Source: Geobacter sulfurreducens PCA
Lineage (GTDB): Bacteria; Desulfobacterota; Desulfuromonadia; Geobacterales; Geobacteraceae
Reading direction: 5' to 3'
Length of the DNA: 32,000 bases
Assembly (NCBI RefSeq): GCF_000007985.2
Contig: NC_002939.5
Coordinates: 960,001 to 992,000 of the forward strand
The notes below the pieces were generated by a model. The model saw only the letters and a program-made list of their open reading frames with translations, was not told the DNA's origin and did not search any database. The position numbers and the translations under genes are program-made. Of the stretch, positions 18,037 to 26,115 are shown in pieces. Numbering within the stretch: the stretch's first letter is position 1; each line of letters begins with the position of its first letter.

Positions 18037-18066
18037 TTGACGCCGGGAGGCAAAACAGTGAATACT
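18037..18066 (+). promoter_or_regulatory. Candidate sigma-70 promoter for uup
   Basis: TTGACG, an 18-nt spacer, then AATACT, about 35 nt upstream of the GTG at 18101. Confidence 0.3.
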
Positions 18067-18100
18067 GTCACTCCTGCAAACAGGCACGGAAGGAGAAGTC

Positions 18101-20002
18101 GTGGCACTCATCACCTTGCGCAACATTACCCTCGCCTTCGGCGGCCCGCCGCTCTTCGACGGTATCAACCTCCAGATCGGGGAGGGGGAGCGCCTCTGCC
18201 TCATGGGGCGCAACGGCACCGGCAAATCGACCCTGCTGAAGCTCATCGCCGGCGAGATTCCCCCGGAGGGGGGCGAGATCATGCGGCAGCAGGGGGTGCG
18301 GGTGGCCCTCGTCTCCCAGGAGGTCCCCCGCGACCTGGAGGGGACCGTGTTCGACGTGGTGGCCCAGGGCATGGGCGAGGCCACGGCACTCCTGGCCGAG
18401 TACCACCGGGTGAGCCATCTGCTGGCCGTTGAGGGGGGAGAGGGGCTCCTGGCACAACTGGCCACCCTCCAGAAGCGGCTGGAAGAGACCGGCGGCTGGC
18501 ATCTCCATCAGGAGGTGGAACGGGTTCTTAATCGCCTTTCCCTGGATGCGGATGCCCCTTTCTCGAGCCTTTCCGGCGGCACCAAGCGCCGGGCACTCCT
18601 GGCCCGGGCCCTGGTGTCGGCGCCGGACATCCTGCTCCTGGACGAGCCCACCAACCACCTGGACATCGATACTATCCTCTGGCTGGAGGAATTCCTGGCC
18701 AAAAACGTCACGACCCTGCTTTTCGTCACCCACGACCGGGCCTTTGCCCGCCGGCTCGCCAACCGGGTGGCCGAACTGGACCGGGGGCGGATCTACGCCT
18801 TTGCCTGCGGCTACGACGAATTCGTGGAGCGGCGCGAGGCGCTCCTGGAGGCGGAGATCACCCGCCAGGCCCTGTTCGACAAGAAGCTGGCCCAGGAGGA
18901 AGCGTGGATCAGGCAGGGGATCAAGGCCCGCCGAACCCGCAACGAGGGGCGGGTCCGGGCGCTGAAGAAGCTGCGGGAGGAGCGCCGGCAGCGGCGCGAG
19001 CGGCAGGGAACGGCCACGATCCGGCTCCAGGAGGCCGAGCGGTCCGGCGCCCTGGTGGTGGAGGCGGAGAACGCCTCCGTCGGCTACGGAGACCGGGCCG
19101 TCATTGCCAACCTCACCACCACTGTCATGCGCGGGGACCGGGTGGGGATCATCGGCCCCAACGGCTCAGGCAAGACCACCCTGCTGCGGCTCCTGCTGGG
19201 GGAGCTCGAACCCCAGCAGGGGACGGTCCGCCTGGGCACCCGCCGGGAGGTCCTCTACTTCGACCAAATGCGCGAGCAATTGGACCTGGACCGGACCGTG
19301 CAGGAAAACGTGGGCGAGGGGAACGACACCGTCATCATCAATGGCCGGAGCCGCCACGTGATCGGCTACCTGCAGGATTTTCTCTTCCCTCCCGAACGGG
19401 CGCGCACGCCGGTCCGCATCCTCTCCGGCGGGGAGCGCAACCGCCTCTTGCTGGCCAAGCTGTTCACCAAGCCTTCCAACGTGCTGGTGATGGACGAGCC
19501 CACCAACGATCTTGATGCCGAAACCCTGGACCTGCTTGAGGATCTGCTGCTGGAGTATTCCGGCACGCTGCTCCTGGTGAGTCATGACCGGGAGTTTCTC
19601 AACAACGTGGTGACGAGCACCCTTGTCCTGTCGGGCGACGGCCAGGTGCGGGAATACGTGGGGGGCTACGACGACTGGCTCCGTCAGGCCGCCGCCGAGA
19701 CGCCGGCAGCAAAGCCGCAATCGGCGAAGGCACCCGCCGATACTTCGACCAAGACCCGCGACCGGGGCGAAAAGCCCCGCAAGCTCAGCTTCAAGGAGGA
19801 GCGCGAGCTTGAAGCGCTCCCGGAGCGGATTCATCAACTGGAGGAGGAGCAGGAGTGTCTCCACGCCACCCTGGCTGATCCGGAGTTCTATCGCGGCGCA
19901 GGCGCCGAAGTGGCGGTGTTCAACTGCCGGCTTGAGGAACTGGAGGGTGAGCTGGAAGCAGCCTATGCCCGCTGGGAAGAGCTGGAAGGCCTCAAGGGGT
20001 AG
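18101..20002 (+). CDS. uup: ABC-F family ATPase, Uup-like
   Basis: 633 aa with two ABC cassettes (Walker A GRNGTGKST and GPNGSGKTT, and two LSGG signatures), no TM domain, and a charged C-terminal coiled-coil tail. GTG start after GGAAGGAGAAG. Confidence 0.9.
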   Translation: MALITLRNITLAFGGPPLFDGINLQIGEGERLCLMGRNGTGKSTLLKLIAGEIPPEGGEIMRQQGVRVALVSQEVPRDLEGTVFDVVAQGMGEATALLAEYHRVSHLLAVEGGEGLLAQLATLQKRLEETGGWHLHQEVERVLNRLSLDADAPFSSLSGGTKRRALLARALVSAPDILLLDEPTNHLDIDTILWLEEFLAKNVTTLLFVTHDRAFARRLANRVAELDRGRIYAFACGYDEFVERREALLEAEITRQALFDKKLAQEEAWIRQGIKARRTRNEGRVRALKKLREERRQRRERQGTATIRLQEAERSGALVVEAENASVGYGDRAVIANLTTTVMRGDRVGIIGPNGSGKTTLLRLLLGELEPQQGTVRLGTRREVLYFDQMREQLDLDRTVQENVGEGNDTVIINGRSRHVIGYLQDFLFPPERARTPVRILSGGERNRLLLAKLFTKPSNVLVMDEPTNDLDAETLDLLEDLLLEYSGTLLLVSHDREFLNNVVTSTLVLSGDGQVREYVGGYDDWLRQAAAETPAAKPQSAKAPADTSTKTRDRGEKPRKLSFKEERELEALPERIHQLEEEQECLHATLADPEFYRGAGAEVAVFNCRLEELEGELEAAYARWEELEGLKG

Positions 20003-20100
20003 GAACGGGGCTCCCGCTTTCCTCCTTGACAGAGTTTGCCGAAAGCTGGTACGGTCGGCTCCATCTCAACCAGCTGTTTCCGGACAACGCTATCAGATCA

Positions 20101-20132
20101 GGCCCTGGGAAGAACCGGGGCTTTTTTGTTTT
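20101..20132 (+). terminator. Rho-independent terminator-like hairpin between uup and the helicase gene
   Basis: Stem GCCCTGG/CCGGGGC (7 bp, one G-U pair), loop GAAGAA, followed by TTTTTTGTTTT. It ends only about 27 nt before the helicase ATG. Confidence 0.7.
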
Positions 20133-20158
20133 CAGGCGGCAGCACCAAGGAGTATTTT

Positions 20159-21502
20159 ATGGATTTCAAATCGTTCGGTTTTCATCCGGCCGTGGCCACG
20201 GGAATCGCGGCGGCCGGCTACGAAACCCCCACACCGATCCAGGCCCAGGCCATCCCCGCGGTCATGGCGGGGCGCGACGTCATGGGGTTGGCCCAGACCG
20301 GCACCGGCAAGACAGCGGCCTTTGCCCTGCCGATCCTGCATCGCCTGCAACAGGGCGAGCGTGGCCGCGTCCGTGCCCTGGTCATCGCCCCCACCCGCGA
20401 GCTTGCGGAGCAGATCAACGACAGCTTCGTCACCCTGGGGCGGCAGACCCGCCTGCGGAGCGTGACGGTCTACGGCGGGGTAGGGGTGAATCCCCAGGTG
20501 CAGAAGCTCAAGGCCGGCGCCGAAGTGGTCGTGGCCTGCCCGGGTCGGCTCCTGGACCACATCGCCCAGGGGACCATCGACCTGTCGCGCCTGGAGGTGC
20601 TCGTCCTGGACGAGGCGGACCAGATGTTCGACATGGGCTTTCTGCCCGACATCCGACGGGTGCTCAAGCATCTTCCCCCCCGGCGGCAGACGCTGCTCTT
20701 CTCGGCCACCATGCCCATCGACATCCGCACGCTGGCCCAGGATATTCTGGTGGACCCGGTGACGGTGCAGGTGGGGACCGTGGCCCCGGCGGTCACCGTC
20801 GCCCACGCCCTCTACCCGGTGGAACAGCACCTGAAGACCCCGCTTCTGCTGGAGCTTCTTCGCCACACGGACACTGAGTCGGTGCTGATTTTCACGCGCA
20901 CCAAGCACCGGGCCAAGCGCCTGGGTGAACAGTTGGAGAAGGCCGGCTACCGGGCGGCCTCGCTTCAGGGGAATCTCTCCCAGAACCGGCGGCAGGCTGC
21001 CCTTGATGGCTTCCGTGACGGCACGTTCCAGATCCTGGTGGCCACCGATATCGCGGCCCGCGGCATCGACGTGAGCCAGGTGTCCCACGTGATCAACTAT
21101 GACATCCCCGACACGGCAGAGGCGTACATCCACCGTATCGGCCGCACCGGCCGCGCGGCCCGCAGCGGAGACGCCTTCACCCTGGTGACCTCTGACGACG
21201 GAGCCATGGTTCGTGCCATCGAACGGAGCCTCGGTGCCCCCATCGAGCGCCGCACCGTGCAGGGCTTTGACTACTCGGTGCCGGCGCCGAAAAAGGATGT
21301 GGAGTTTGCCCGTCCGCCCCGTGAGCCGCGCCAGGCCCGACCCCACGCAAACCAGCCGAAGAAAGGGGGCGCAGCGGCATCCCCCTCGGCGTCTGGACGG
21401 CCGTCCCATCCCAAGGACTCGGGCCGGCGGCAGCCGGGCCAAGGAGCTCCCGCGTCGGGTCCGTCGCGGCAACGGCCCGGAAGCCCCCGGCGGCCCCGCT
21501 GA
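20159..21502 (+). CDS. rhlE: DEAD-box ATP-dependent RNA helicase, RhlE-like
   Basis: Q-motif region (TPIQAQAIP), AQTGTGKT, DEAD (VLDEADQMFDMGF), SAT and HRIGRTGRA, with a basic C-terminal tail. The start is set at the ATG at 20159 after AAGGAG. The track extension from 20036 was rejected. Confidence 0.9.
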   Translation: MDFKSFGFHPAVATGIAAAGYETPTPIQAQAIPAVMAGRDVMGLAQTGTGKTAAFALPILHRLQQGERGRVRALVIAPTRELAEQINDSFVTLGRQTRLRSVTVYGGVGVNPQVQKLKAGAEVVVACPGRLLDHIAQGTIDLSRLEVLVLDEADQMFDMGFLPDIRRVLKHLPPRRQTLLFSATMPIDIRTLAQDILVDPVTVQVGTVAPAVTVAHALYPVEQHLKTPLLLELLRHTDTESVLIFTRTKHRAKRLGEQLEKAGYRAASLQGNLSQNRRQAALDGFRDGTFQILVATDIAARGIDVSQVSHVINYDIPDTAEAYIHRIGRTGRAARSGDAFTLVTSDDGAMVRAIERSLGAPIERRTVQGFDYSVPAPKKDVEFARPPREPRQARPHANQPKKGGAAASPSASGRPSHPKDSGRRQPGQGAPASGPSRQRPGSPRRPR

Positions 21503-21538
21503 CAAAGGGAGGCCACAGACATTATTTTGATAACCATA

Positions 21539-21566
21539 TTCACTGACCGTTCCCTTGAGGTATAAT
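21539..21566 (+). promoter_or_regulatory. Candidate sigma-70 promoter with a consensus -10
   Basis: TTCACT, a 16-nt spacer, then TATAAT (21561-21566). A perfect -10 hexamer in a GC-rich genome, about 88 nt upstream of the ATG at 21654. Confidence 0.5.
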
Positions 21567-21653
21567 GTAATCAGGCAAGGATACACCGGCAGAGATCATG
21601 GCCCGCGGACTTCCGCTCCCAACGAGCCGGAAGCGGACGGAAAGGAGGATGCC

Positions 21654-22013
21654 ATGAGAGGGACGGACATCAGAAGGCTGGTTACCGAGGGTGCTTCCGG
21701 CGAACACCGCTTCGTGCGGTGGTGGCGGAAGGAAAATGACTTCCTCGACTACGACCTCGTCGACAGATTCCTGGAAAGACTCTCCAGTGACGAGGAGATC
21801 GGGGGAGTAGAACTGCTCACCATGAATGACATGGTTGAGGAGGTGAAGCGGATCACGGGCGAACGCCTGACCATCAGGCACGGCGAGTCCGGCGATACCG
21901 TGGAATGGGTTCACGGCGGGAGTGGAGGAGAGCGGACGGAAGTCTGCTTCCTGACGCCCGAAACGCTGCTCACCATCTATGATGTGGAAACCCACGGCAA
22001 CCCCATCGGTTAA
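21654..22013 (+). CDS. Acidic orphan hypothetical protein (119 aa)
   Basis: The ATG at 21654 is preceded by GAAAGGAGGA. The ORF is flanked by its own promoter-like element and a strong terminator. I recognise no family. Confidence 0.55.
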   Translation: MRGTDIRRLVTEGASGEHRFVRWWRKENDFLDYDLVDRFLERLSSDEEIGGVELLTMNDMVEEVKRITGERLTIRHGESGDTVEWVHGGSGGERTEVCFLTPETLLTIYDVETHGNPIG

Positions 22014-22034
22014 GGGGAGTGGGATTGATACCAT

Positions 22035-22072
22035 GAAAAAGGCCGCCCTGAACGGGGCGGCCTTTTTTGTGT
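22035..22072. terminator. Bidirectional rho-independent terminator between convergent genes
   Basis: Perfect 8-bp GC stem GGCCGCCC/GGGCGGCC. It is flanked by an A-run upstream and TTTTTT downstream, so it works on both strands. Confidence 0.8.
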
Positions 22073-22107
22073 GCAGGAGGTGTCTCCGGGGTCGGGATAG
22101 ACGTTCG

Positions 22108-23292
22108 TCAGGCCGAGAGCTTGAAGCGGTTGACCATCTGCTGGAGTTCCGTCGCCGACTGCGCCAGATCGGCCGCCGCGGTTTCCGTCTGCTGGGCTCC
22201 CTGGGCTGCGTCGCGAATCACCAGCGCGATGCGGTGGATGTTCTCCGTGATGCTGGCAGTGGTGGCCGACTGCTCTTCCGCCGCGATGGCCACTTGGGAG
22301 ACGTGGTCAATGAGGGGGGCAATGTGCTCCTTGATGGCCCCGATGGCCTGGCGGGAGAGATGCATGTCCCGGGTGCCGTTGCGGACACTGTCGGAGCTCT
22401 GCTCCATGAGGCCCATCACGTTTTTGACGTCGCCCTGCAGAGCGCCGATGATGGACTGGATTTCCCTGGTGGACGAGGTCGTCCGCTCGGCGAGGTTGCG
22501 CACCTCGTCGGCCACCACGGCGAAGCCGCGTCCCTGCTCGCCGGCACGGGCCGCCTCGATGGCGGCGTTGAGCGCCAGCAGGTTGGTCTGATCGGCAATG
22601 TCCCTGATGGCGGTGATGATGTCGCCGATCCGTTCGGAGTTGGCGCCCAGCGCGTTGACCGCCGCCATGGTGCCGGACACCATCTGCTCGACCGCCTCCA
22701 TGATAGTGGTCATCCGGGAGATGGTTTCCGTTCCACTTTCGGTGGCGTGGCCGGTGCCCGACGCCTCCTCTGCCATCTTCTGACAGTTGTGCGAGATGGC
22801 GAGGCTCACCGAGGCCATTTCATCCACCGCCGTGGTGATGGATGCCGATTCTTGGGAGGCGTGGTCGGTCCCTTCGGCAATCTGCGAGGAGGTGGTGCGG
22901 AGCAGGTCGGAGGCGGCGGACAGATCGGCCGCCGTAGTCTGGATGCCGGAGATGATGTCGCGCATGGAGCCCTGGAGCTCCCGCATGGTCAGGAGCATCT
23001 TGCTGAACTCATTCTTCCGGAACACCGTGATTTCCTGGCTCAGGTCACCACGCGCCATGGTTTGCAGATAACCGATTGCCCTCTGGATCGGCCGGTTGAT
23101 GGACCAGATGTTGATCCAGCCGAAGATACCCCCCAGGACGATAAAGAGGATCACGGATCCGTACTTGATAAGGGCCGAATCGGCTTGGGCGGCCAGTGCC
23201 GTCGCGGCGATGCAGGCGCTGTAGCAGACGCAGAGCGTGGCAAGACGGGCCTTTACTGAAAAGTTGAGATAGAAGTTCCACAGTGACACCAT
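22108..23292 (-). CDS. Methyl-accepting chemotaxis protein with a minimal extracytoplasmic loop
   Basis: 394 aa. Two TM helices are separated by about 9 residues, followed by a HAMP-like region and the highly conserved signalling hairpin [40 protein letters not shown]. Confidence 0.9.
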   Translation of the reverse strand: MVSLWNFYLNFSVKARLATLCVCYSACIAATALAAQADSALIKYGSVILFIVLGGIFGWINIWSINRPIQRAIGYLQTMARGDLSQEITVFRKNEFSKMLLTMRELQGSMRDIISGIQTTAADLSAASDLLRTTSSQIAEGTDHASQESASITTAVDEMASVSLAISHNCQKMAEEASGTGHATESGTETISRMTTIMEAVEQMVSGTMAAVNALGANSERIGDIITAIRDIADQTNLLALNAAIEAARAGEQGRGFAVVADEVRNLAERTTSSTREIQSIIGALQGDVKNVMGLMEQSSDSVRNGTRDMHLSRQAIGAIKEHIAPLIDHVSQVAIAAEEQSATTASITENIHRIALVIRDAAQGAQQTETAAADLAQSATELQQMVNRFKLSA

Positions 23293-23337
23293 TGTCGCTC
23301 CCCCGTAACTAAATAATAACGCATGGCCGTATACAAT

Positions 23338-23364
23338 GTATCGGCGGGGAAGGCGGATAGTTTA
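23338..23364 (-). promoter_or_regulatory. Sigma-28 (FliA)-type promoter for the MCP gene
   Basis: Minus strand reads TAAACTAT-CCGCCTTCCCC-GCCGATAC, with TAAA, the exact N15 spacing and 7/8 of GCCGATAA. It lies about 45 nt upstream of the ATG at 23292. Confidence 0.6.
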
Positions 23365-23481
23365 GCCAAAAAGTCTGGAAACGACCGATATTTTTCTGGA
23401 ATGGTTGCCTAATGTGTGAAAAGAGGCCGTGGATAGCCTGGTTGTGGGTGTTCCGTCGCCGATTGGAGACAGTTGAGGGGC

Positions 23482-23856
23482 CTAGTGGTTGTCGGCCGGC
23501 GCCGTGGGGAGCCGAACGAGATAGATCGTCACACCTGTGGCGATGACGAGGAGAAGCGCCCGTACCCACGGCATCGGCACCAGCAGGAAGGCCGAGGGGG
23601 GCACGGTCAGCCAGACCATGACAATCGCAACCGTCTTGGCGCGGCGGGGGATACCCGTACCCTCCAGGTAGCCCCGGACCATGGGGCCCAGGTGGGCGTG
23701 CTCCACGAGCCAGCGGTGGAATCGGTCCGAGCTGCGCGCGAAGCAGGCCGCGGCCAGCAGAAGAAAGGGCGTTGTCGGCACCAGCGGAAGGAAGATGCCG
23801 ATAACGCCGAGGCCGGTTGCGATGACGCCCACGGTCAGAAAAAGCCATTTGATCAC
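23482..23856 (-). CDS. ybaN: YbaN-family (DUF454) inner-membrane protein
   Basis: 124 aa from the GTG at 23856, preceded by GAAAGGA. YbaN-like motifs include GIFLPLVPTTPFLLLAAACFARSS and RFHRWL. The longer track ORF would overlap the MAT gene. Confidence 0.8.
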   Translation of the reverse strand: MIKWLFLTVGVIATGLGVIGIFLPLVPTTPFLLLAAACFARSSDRFHRWLVEHAHLGPMVRGYLEGTGIPRRAKTVAIVMVWLTVPPSAFLLVPMPWVRALLLVIATGVTIYLVRLPTAPADNH

Positions 23857-23872
23857 GCAGGAGTTCCTTTCG

Positions 23873-25075
23873 TCAGCAGACCGGATGACGGCCCTCGGCA
23901 AGCTCCAGGCAGAAGTCGCCAATGGTCGCCAGCCCCCTCCCGACGATGTCCTCGGCTTTCCGGGCCACATCTGCCACCCGCCGTCCCCGCTCGGGGGCAA
24001 GCTGTACCGCCGCCATGGCTGGCCGGTCGATGGGGGTGCCGATGCGGCTCAGGAGCAGGACGTGGGCCTCCCTGATCCCTTCGATCTCCTCGCAGATCTC
24101 GCGCGCCAGGCGGTGGGCGAGGATGGTATAGATCTTTCCCACGTGACTCACGGGATTTTTGCCGGCCGCCGCCTCGGTCCCCAGCGGCCGTCCAAGGGCG
24201 ATGACGCCGTTCACGCGGTTGCCGCGCCCCACCTGGCCCGAATCGGCGTCTTCGGCCGAAGTGCCGAGCAGGCTCAGGTAGACCCCCCCGAGTCCCCGAC
24301 CCGGCATGTCGAGCGTGTTGAAATGGAGCTCGGTACGGCGGAATCCGCCCTGTTCCCCGAGGAACGATGCGATTTCCCGTGCCAGGGACTCTTTCCGGGC
24401 GAAATAGTCGGCCTCGGATTTCACGAACCGGGCAATGAGGGGCATGGCCAGGGTCACGGCGAGATCGTTCCCCTGCCGCAGCCCCATGACCTTGATGTCC
24501 TCGCCTGAGTCGGGGTGGCGGTCCTTGAAAGCGGGGCCGTTGAGATGCCGCTCCAGGCCGAGTACTGCCTGTTCTGTCGGTGAGAGGGGCCAGTAGCCGA
24601 CTGAGGCCGAGGTGTCGTTGGCGGCCATGACGGTGCCCGGACGGGCAAAGATGTCGGTGAGTTCGGCTGAGCCTGGCGCCAGCATGATCCGGTAGCGAAT
24701 GTGCTCCTCCGGGTCTACGAAGCGGAGATTGGCGCGAATCCACTCCCGGGCCGCGGTAACGGCGATCTCCGCCACCGGCACGGTCGTGCCTCCCACCGTG
24801 AAGGTGGCCCGGTCGCCGATGATGAACTCCATGGGGGTAACCACCCGGCCGCCGCCGAACCCCTTTTCCACGGTCCCGGCGGCCAGGAGGCTCTTGTCGA
24901 TGTTGTGATGGAGAATCCTGCCGAATTCGCGCAGGTATGCCCGGCTAAGGGCCACGGAAACGGCATCCACCACGGAGTCACAGATGGTGTCGGGATGTCC
25001 GCGCCCTTTGCGCTCGACGATTTCCACCCCTTGTTCGACGACCGGTTGTCCCCGATAAGCCTCGATGGTGATCAT
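23873..25075 (-). CDS. Archaeal-type S-adenosylmethionine synthetase (methionine adenosyltransferase)
   Basis: 400 aa. ERKGRGHPDTICD, GTSAEDADSGQVGRGNRVNG and AAAGKNPVSHVGKIY closely match the blocks I recall from archaeal MAT (for example Methanocaldococcus). They do not match bacterial MetK. Confidence 0.9.
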   Translation of the reverse strand: MITIEAYRGQPVVEQGVEIVERKGRGHPDTICDSVVDAVSVALSRAYLREFGRILHHNIDKSLLAAGTVEKGFGGGRVVTPMEFIIGDRATFTVGGTTVPVAEIAVTAAREWIRANLRFVDPEEHIRYRIMLAPGSAELTDIFARPGTVMAANDTSASVGYWPLSPTEQAVLGLERHLNGPAFKDRHPDSGEDIKVMGLRQGNDLAVTLAMPLIARFVKSEADYFARKESLAREIASFLGEQGGFRRTELHFNTLDMPGRGLGGVYLSLLGTSAEDADSGQVGRGNRVNGVIALGRPLGTEAAAGKNPVSHVGKIYTILAHRLAREICEEIEGIREAHVLLLSRIGTPIDRPAMAAVQLAPERGRRVADVARKAEDIVGRGLATIGDFCLELAEGRHPVC

Positions 25076-25133
25076 ACTGATAACTGTAGCATAGGCGGGG
25101 ATGTTGTCATACGGTCAGCGGAGGAACCGGCAA

Positions 25134-25195
25134 AAAAAGGGGTCGTACGGCCATTCCGGGCTTCGCGGGGAGCCCGGGGCGGCCGACGACCCCGC
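25134..25195 (-). terminator. Strong rho-independent terminator upstream of the MAT gene
   Basis: Minus-strand hairpin of about 20 bp in three helical segments (8 + 5 + 7 bp, checked base by base), followed by a run of 7 U. Confidence 0.75.
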
Positions 25196-25244
25196 ATGGC
25201 AGAGTGAGGCAGTGGGTGTTCAAGGGGGAGCGCCGCAGCCGTGT

Positions 25245-25466
25245 TCAGGTCTTCTGACTCTCGGCAGGCGGTACGGCCCCTTTGGTGCTGCCGGAACCGA
25301 TGAGGCTCCGGATGGCCGCGATGGTCTGGGCTACGACCACGATGGCACAGTAACAGATGAAGACGGTGGTAAATACCCCCTGAAAACCCTCTGCCTCGCC
25401 AACGGATGCGAACGCCGGCGAGACTCCGCCCAAAACGAATGTGAGTGTGCCGATCCGCGCTTTCAT
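25245..25466 (-). CDS. Small exported/membrane protein (73 aa)
   Basis: The ATG at 25466 follows GGAAGGAGG at 5-nt spacing. The N-terminus is signal-peptide-like (MKARIGTLTFVLGGVSPAFA/SV), followed by one hydrophobic helix. Codon third positions are GC-rich. Confidence 0.5.
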   Translation of the reverse strand: MKARIGTLTFVLGGVSPAFASVGEAEGFQGVFTTVFICYCAIVVVAQTIAAIRSLIGSGSTKGAVPPAESQKT

Positions 25467-25500
25467 GGGTGCCTCCTTCCGGGGTGCGGACCCCGGGTGT

Positions 25501-25737
25501 TCAGACGTCATGGAGAGTTGTGAGCGATATGACGCTGACGCAGCTACAGCGGAAGAGGCTTCGTACCATGCTCACCAGAAGCAGGGCCACCGGCATGAAC
25601 TGGATGAGTACCGCGGCTATGCCGATGAATGCGAAAAAGGCCAGCAGAAAGTCATCCATGCAGAACAGGGCGATGATGACGGGCGTCCCTGCATCGTCAA
25701 GGATGGGGAATGATAGGGCTCCACTCAACAACATCAT
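25501..25737 (-). CDS. Small hydrophobic membrane protein (78 aa, about 2 TM helices)
   Basis: ORF with a weak SD (TGAGG). It has two hydrophobic stretches and GC-rich third positions despite an AT-rich upstream region. Confidence 0.5.
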   Translation of the reverse strand: MMLLSGALSFPILDDAGTPVIIALFCMDDFLLAFFAFIGIAAVLIQFMPVALLLVSMVRSLFRCSCVSVISLTTLHDV

Positions 25738-26041
25738 GACAAAGCCTCATTGTTTCCGTGTTGTAATCGGGGTGCGACGTTATTCATTCTGCAGTAGCCG
25801 TACCATAAGGCGCATTGTGAACGAGTGTGTTTGTATCATGCTGTAATTGATGGATAAATTTATTGTGAGATGTACAGCCTGTATCAGGCGGAGAGAGCCA
25901 TTTGTATGGTTTGCCTATACACCGGACAAAGAGGGAAGAATGACCTTGTAACGGATGGTTTGGGCTAACATGTTGATTGTTGGCAATTAGTTGCAGGAAG
26001 TGAGGGGGTGCCTGGAAAAGCTATACAGTAGGATGTGAAAT

Positions 26042-26068
26042 GGCAGGGCTTCGGAGTGAAGCCCTGCC
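26042..26068 (-). terminator. Probable rne terminator hairpin
   Basis: Perfect 11-bp stem GGCAGGGCTTC/GAAGCCCTGCC with a 5-nt loop, about 50 nt downstream of the rne stop. On the minus strand it is followed by AUUUCACAUC, which is only moderately U-rich. Confidence 0.45.
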
Positions 26069-26115
26069 AGGTGGGGATCTGCGGCCGGACAGGCCGGCTT
26101 CGGAGTGTTCAGTTG

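Noticed and set aside
25076-25133. Possible SAM riboswitch upstream of the SAM synthetase gene.
   Set aside because: Only about 58 nt are available between the terminator and the ATG, which is too short for SAM-I. I see no SAM-II-like pseudoknot signature.
25850-25951. A 33-aa plus-strand ORF (MDKFIVRCTACIRRREPFVWFAYTPDKEGRMTL) in the AT-rich island.
   Set aside because: It has no SD, only a single CxxC and AT-rich codons unlike the genome's coding bias, and nothing lies downstream on that strand. I kept it only as something Ribo-seq could revisit.
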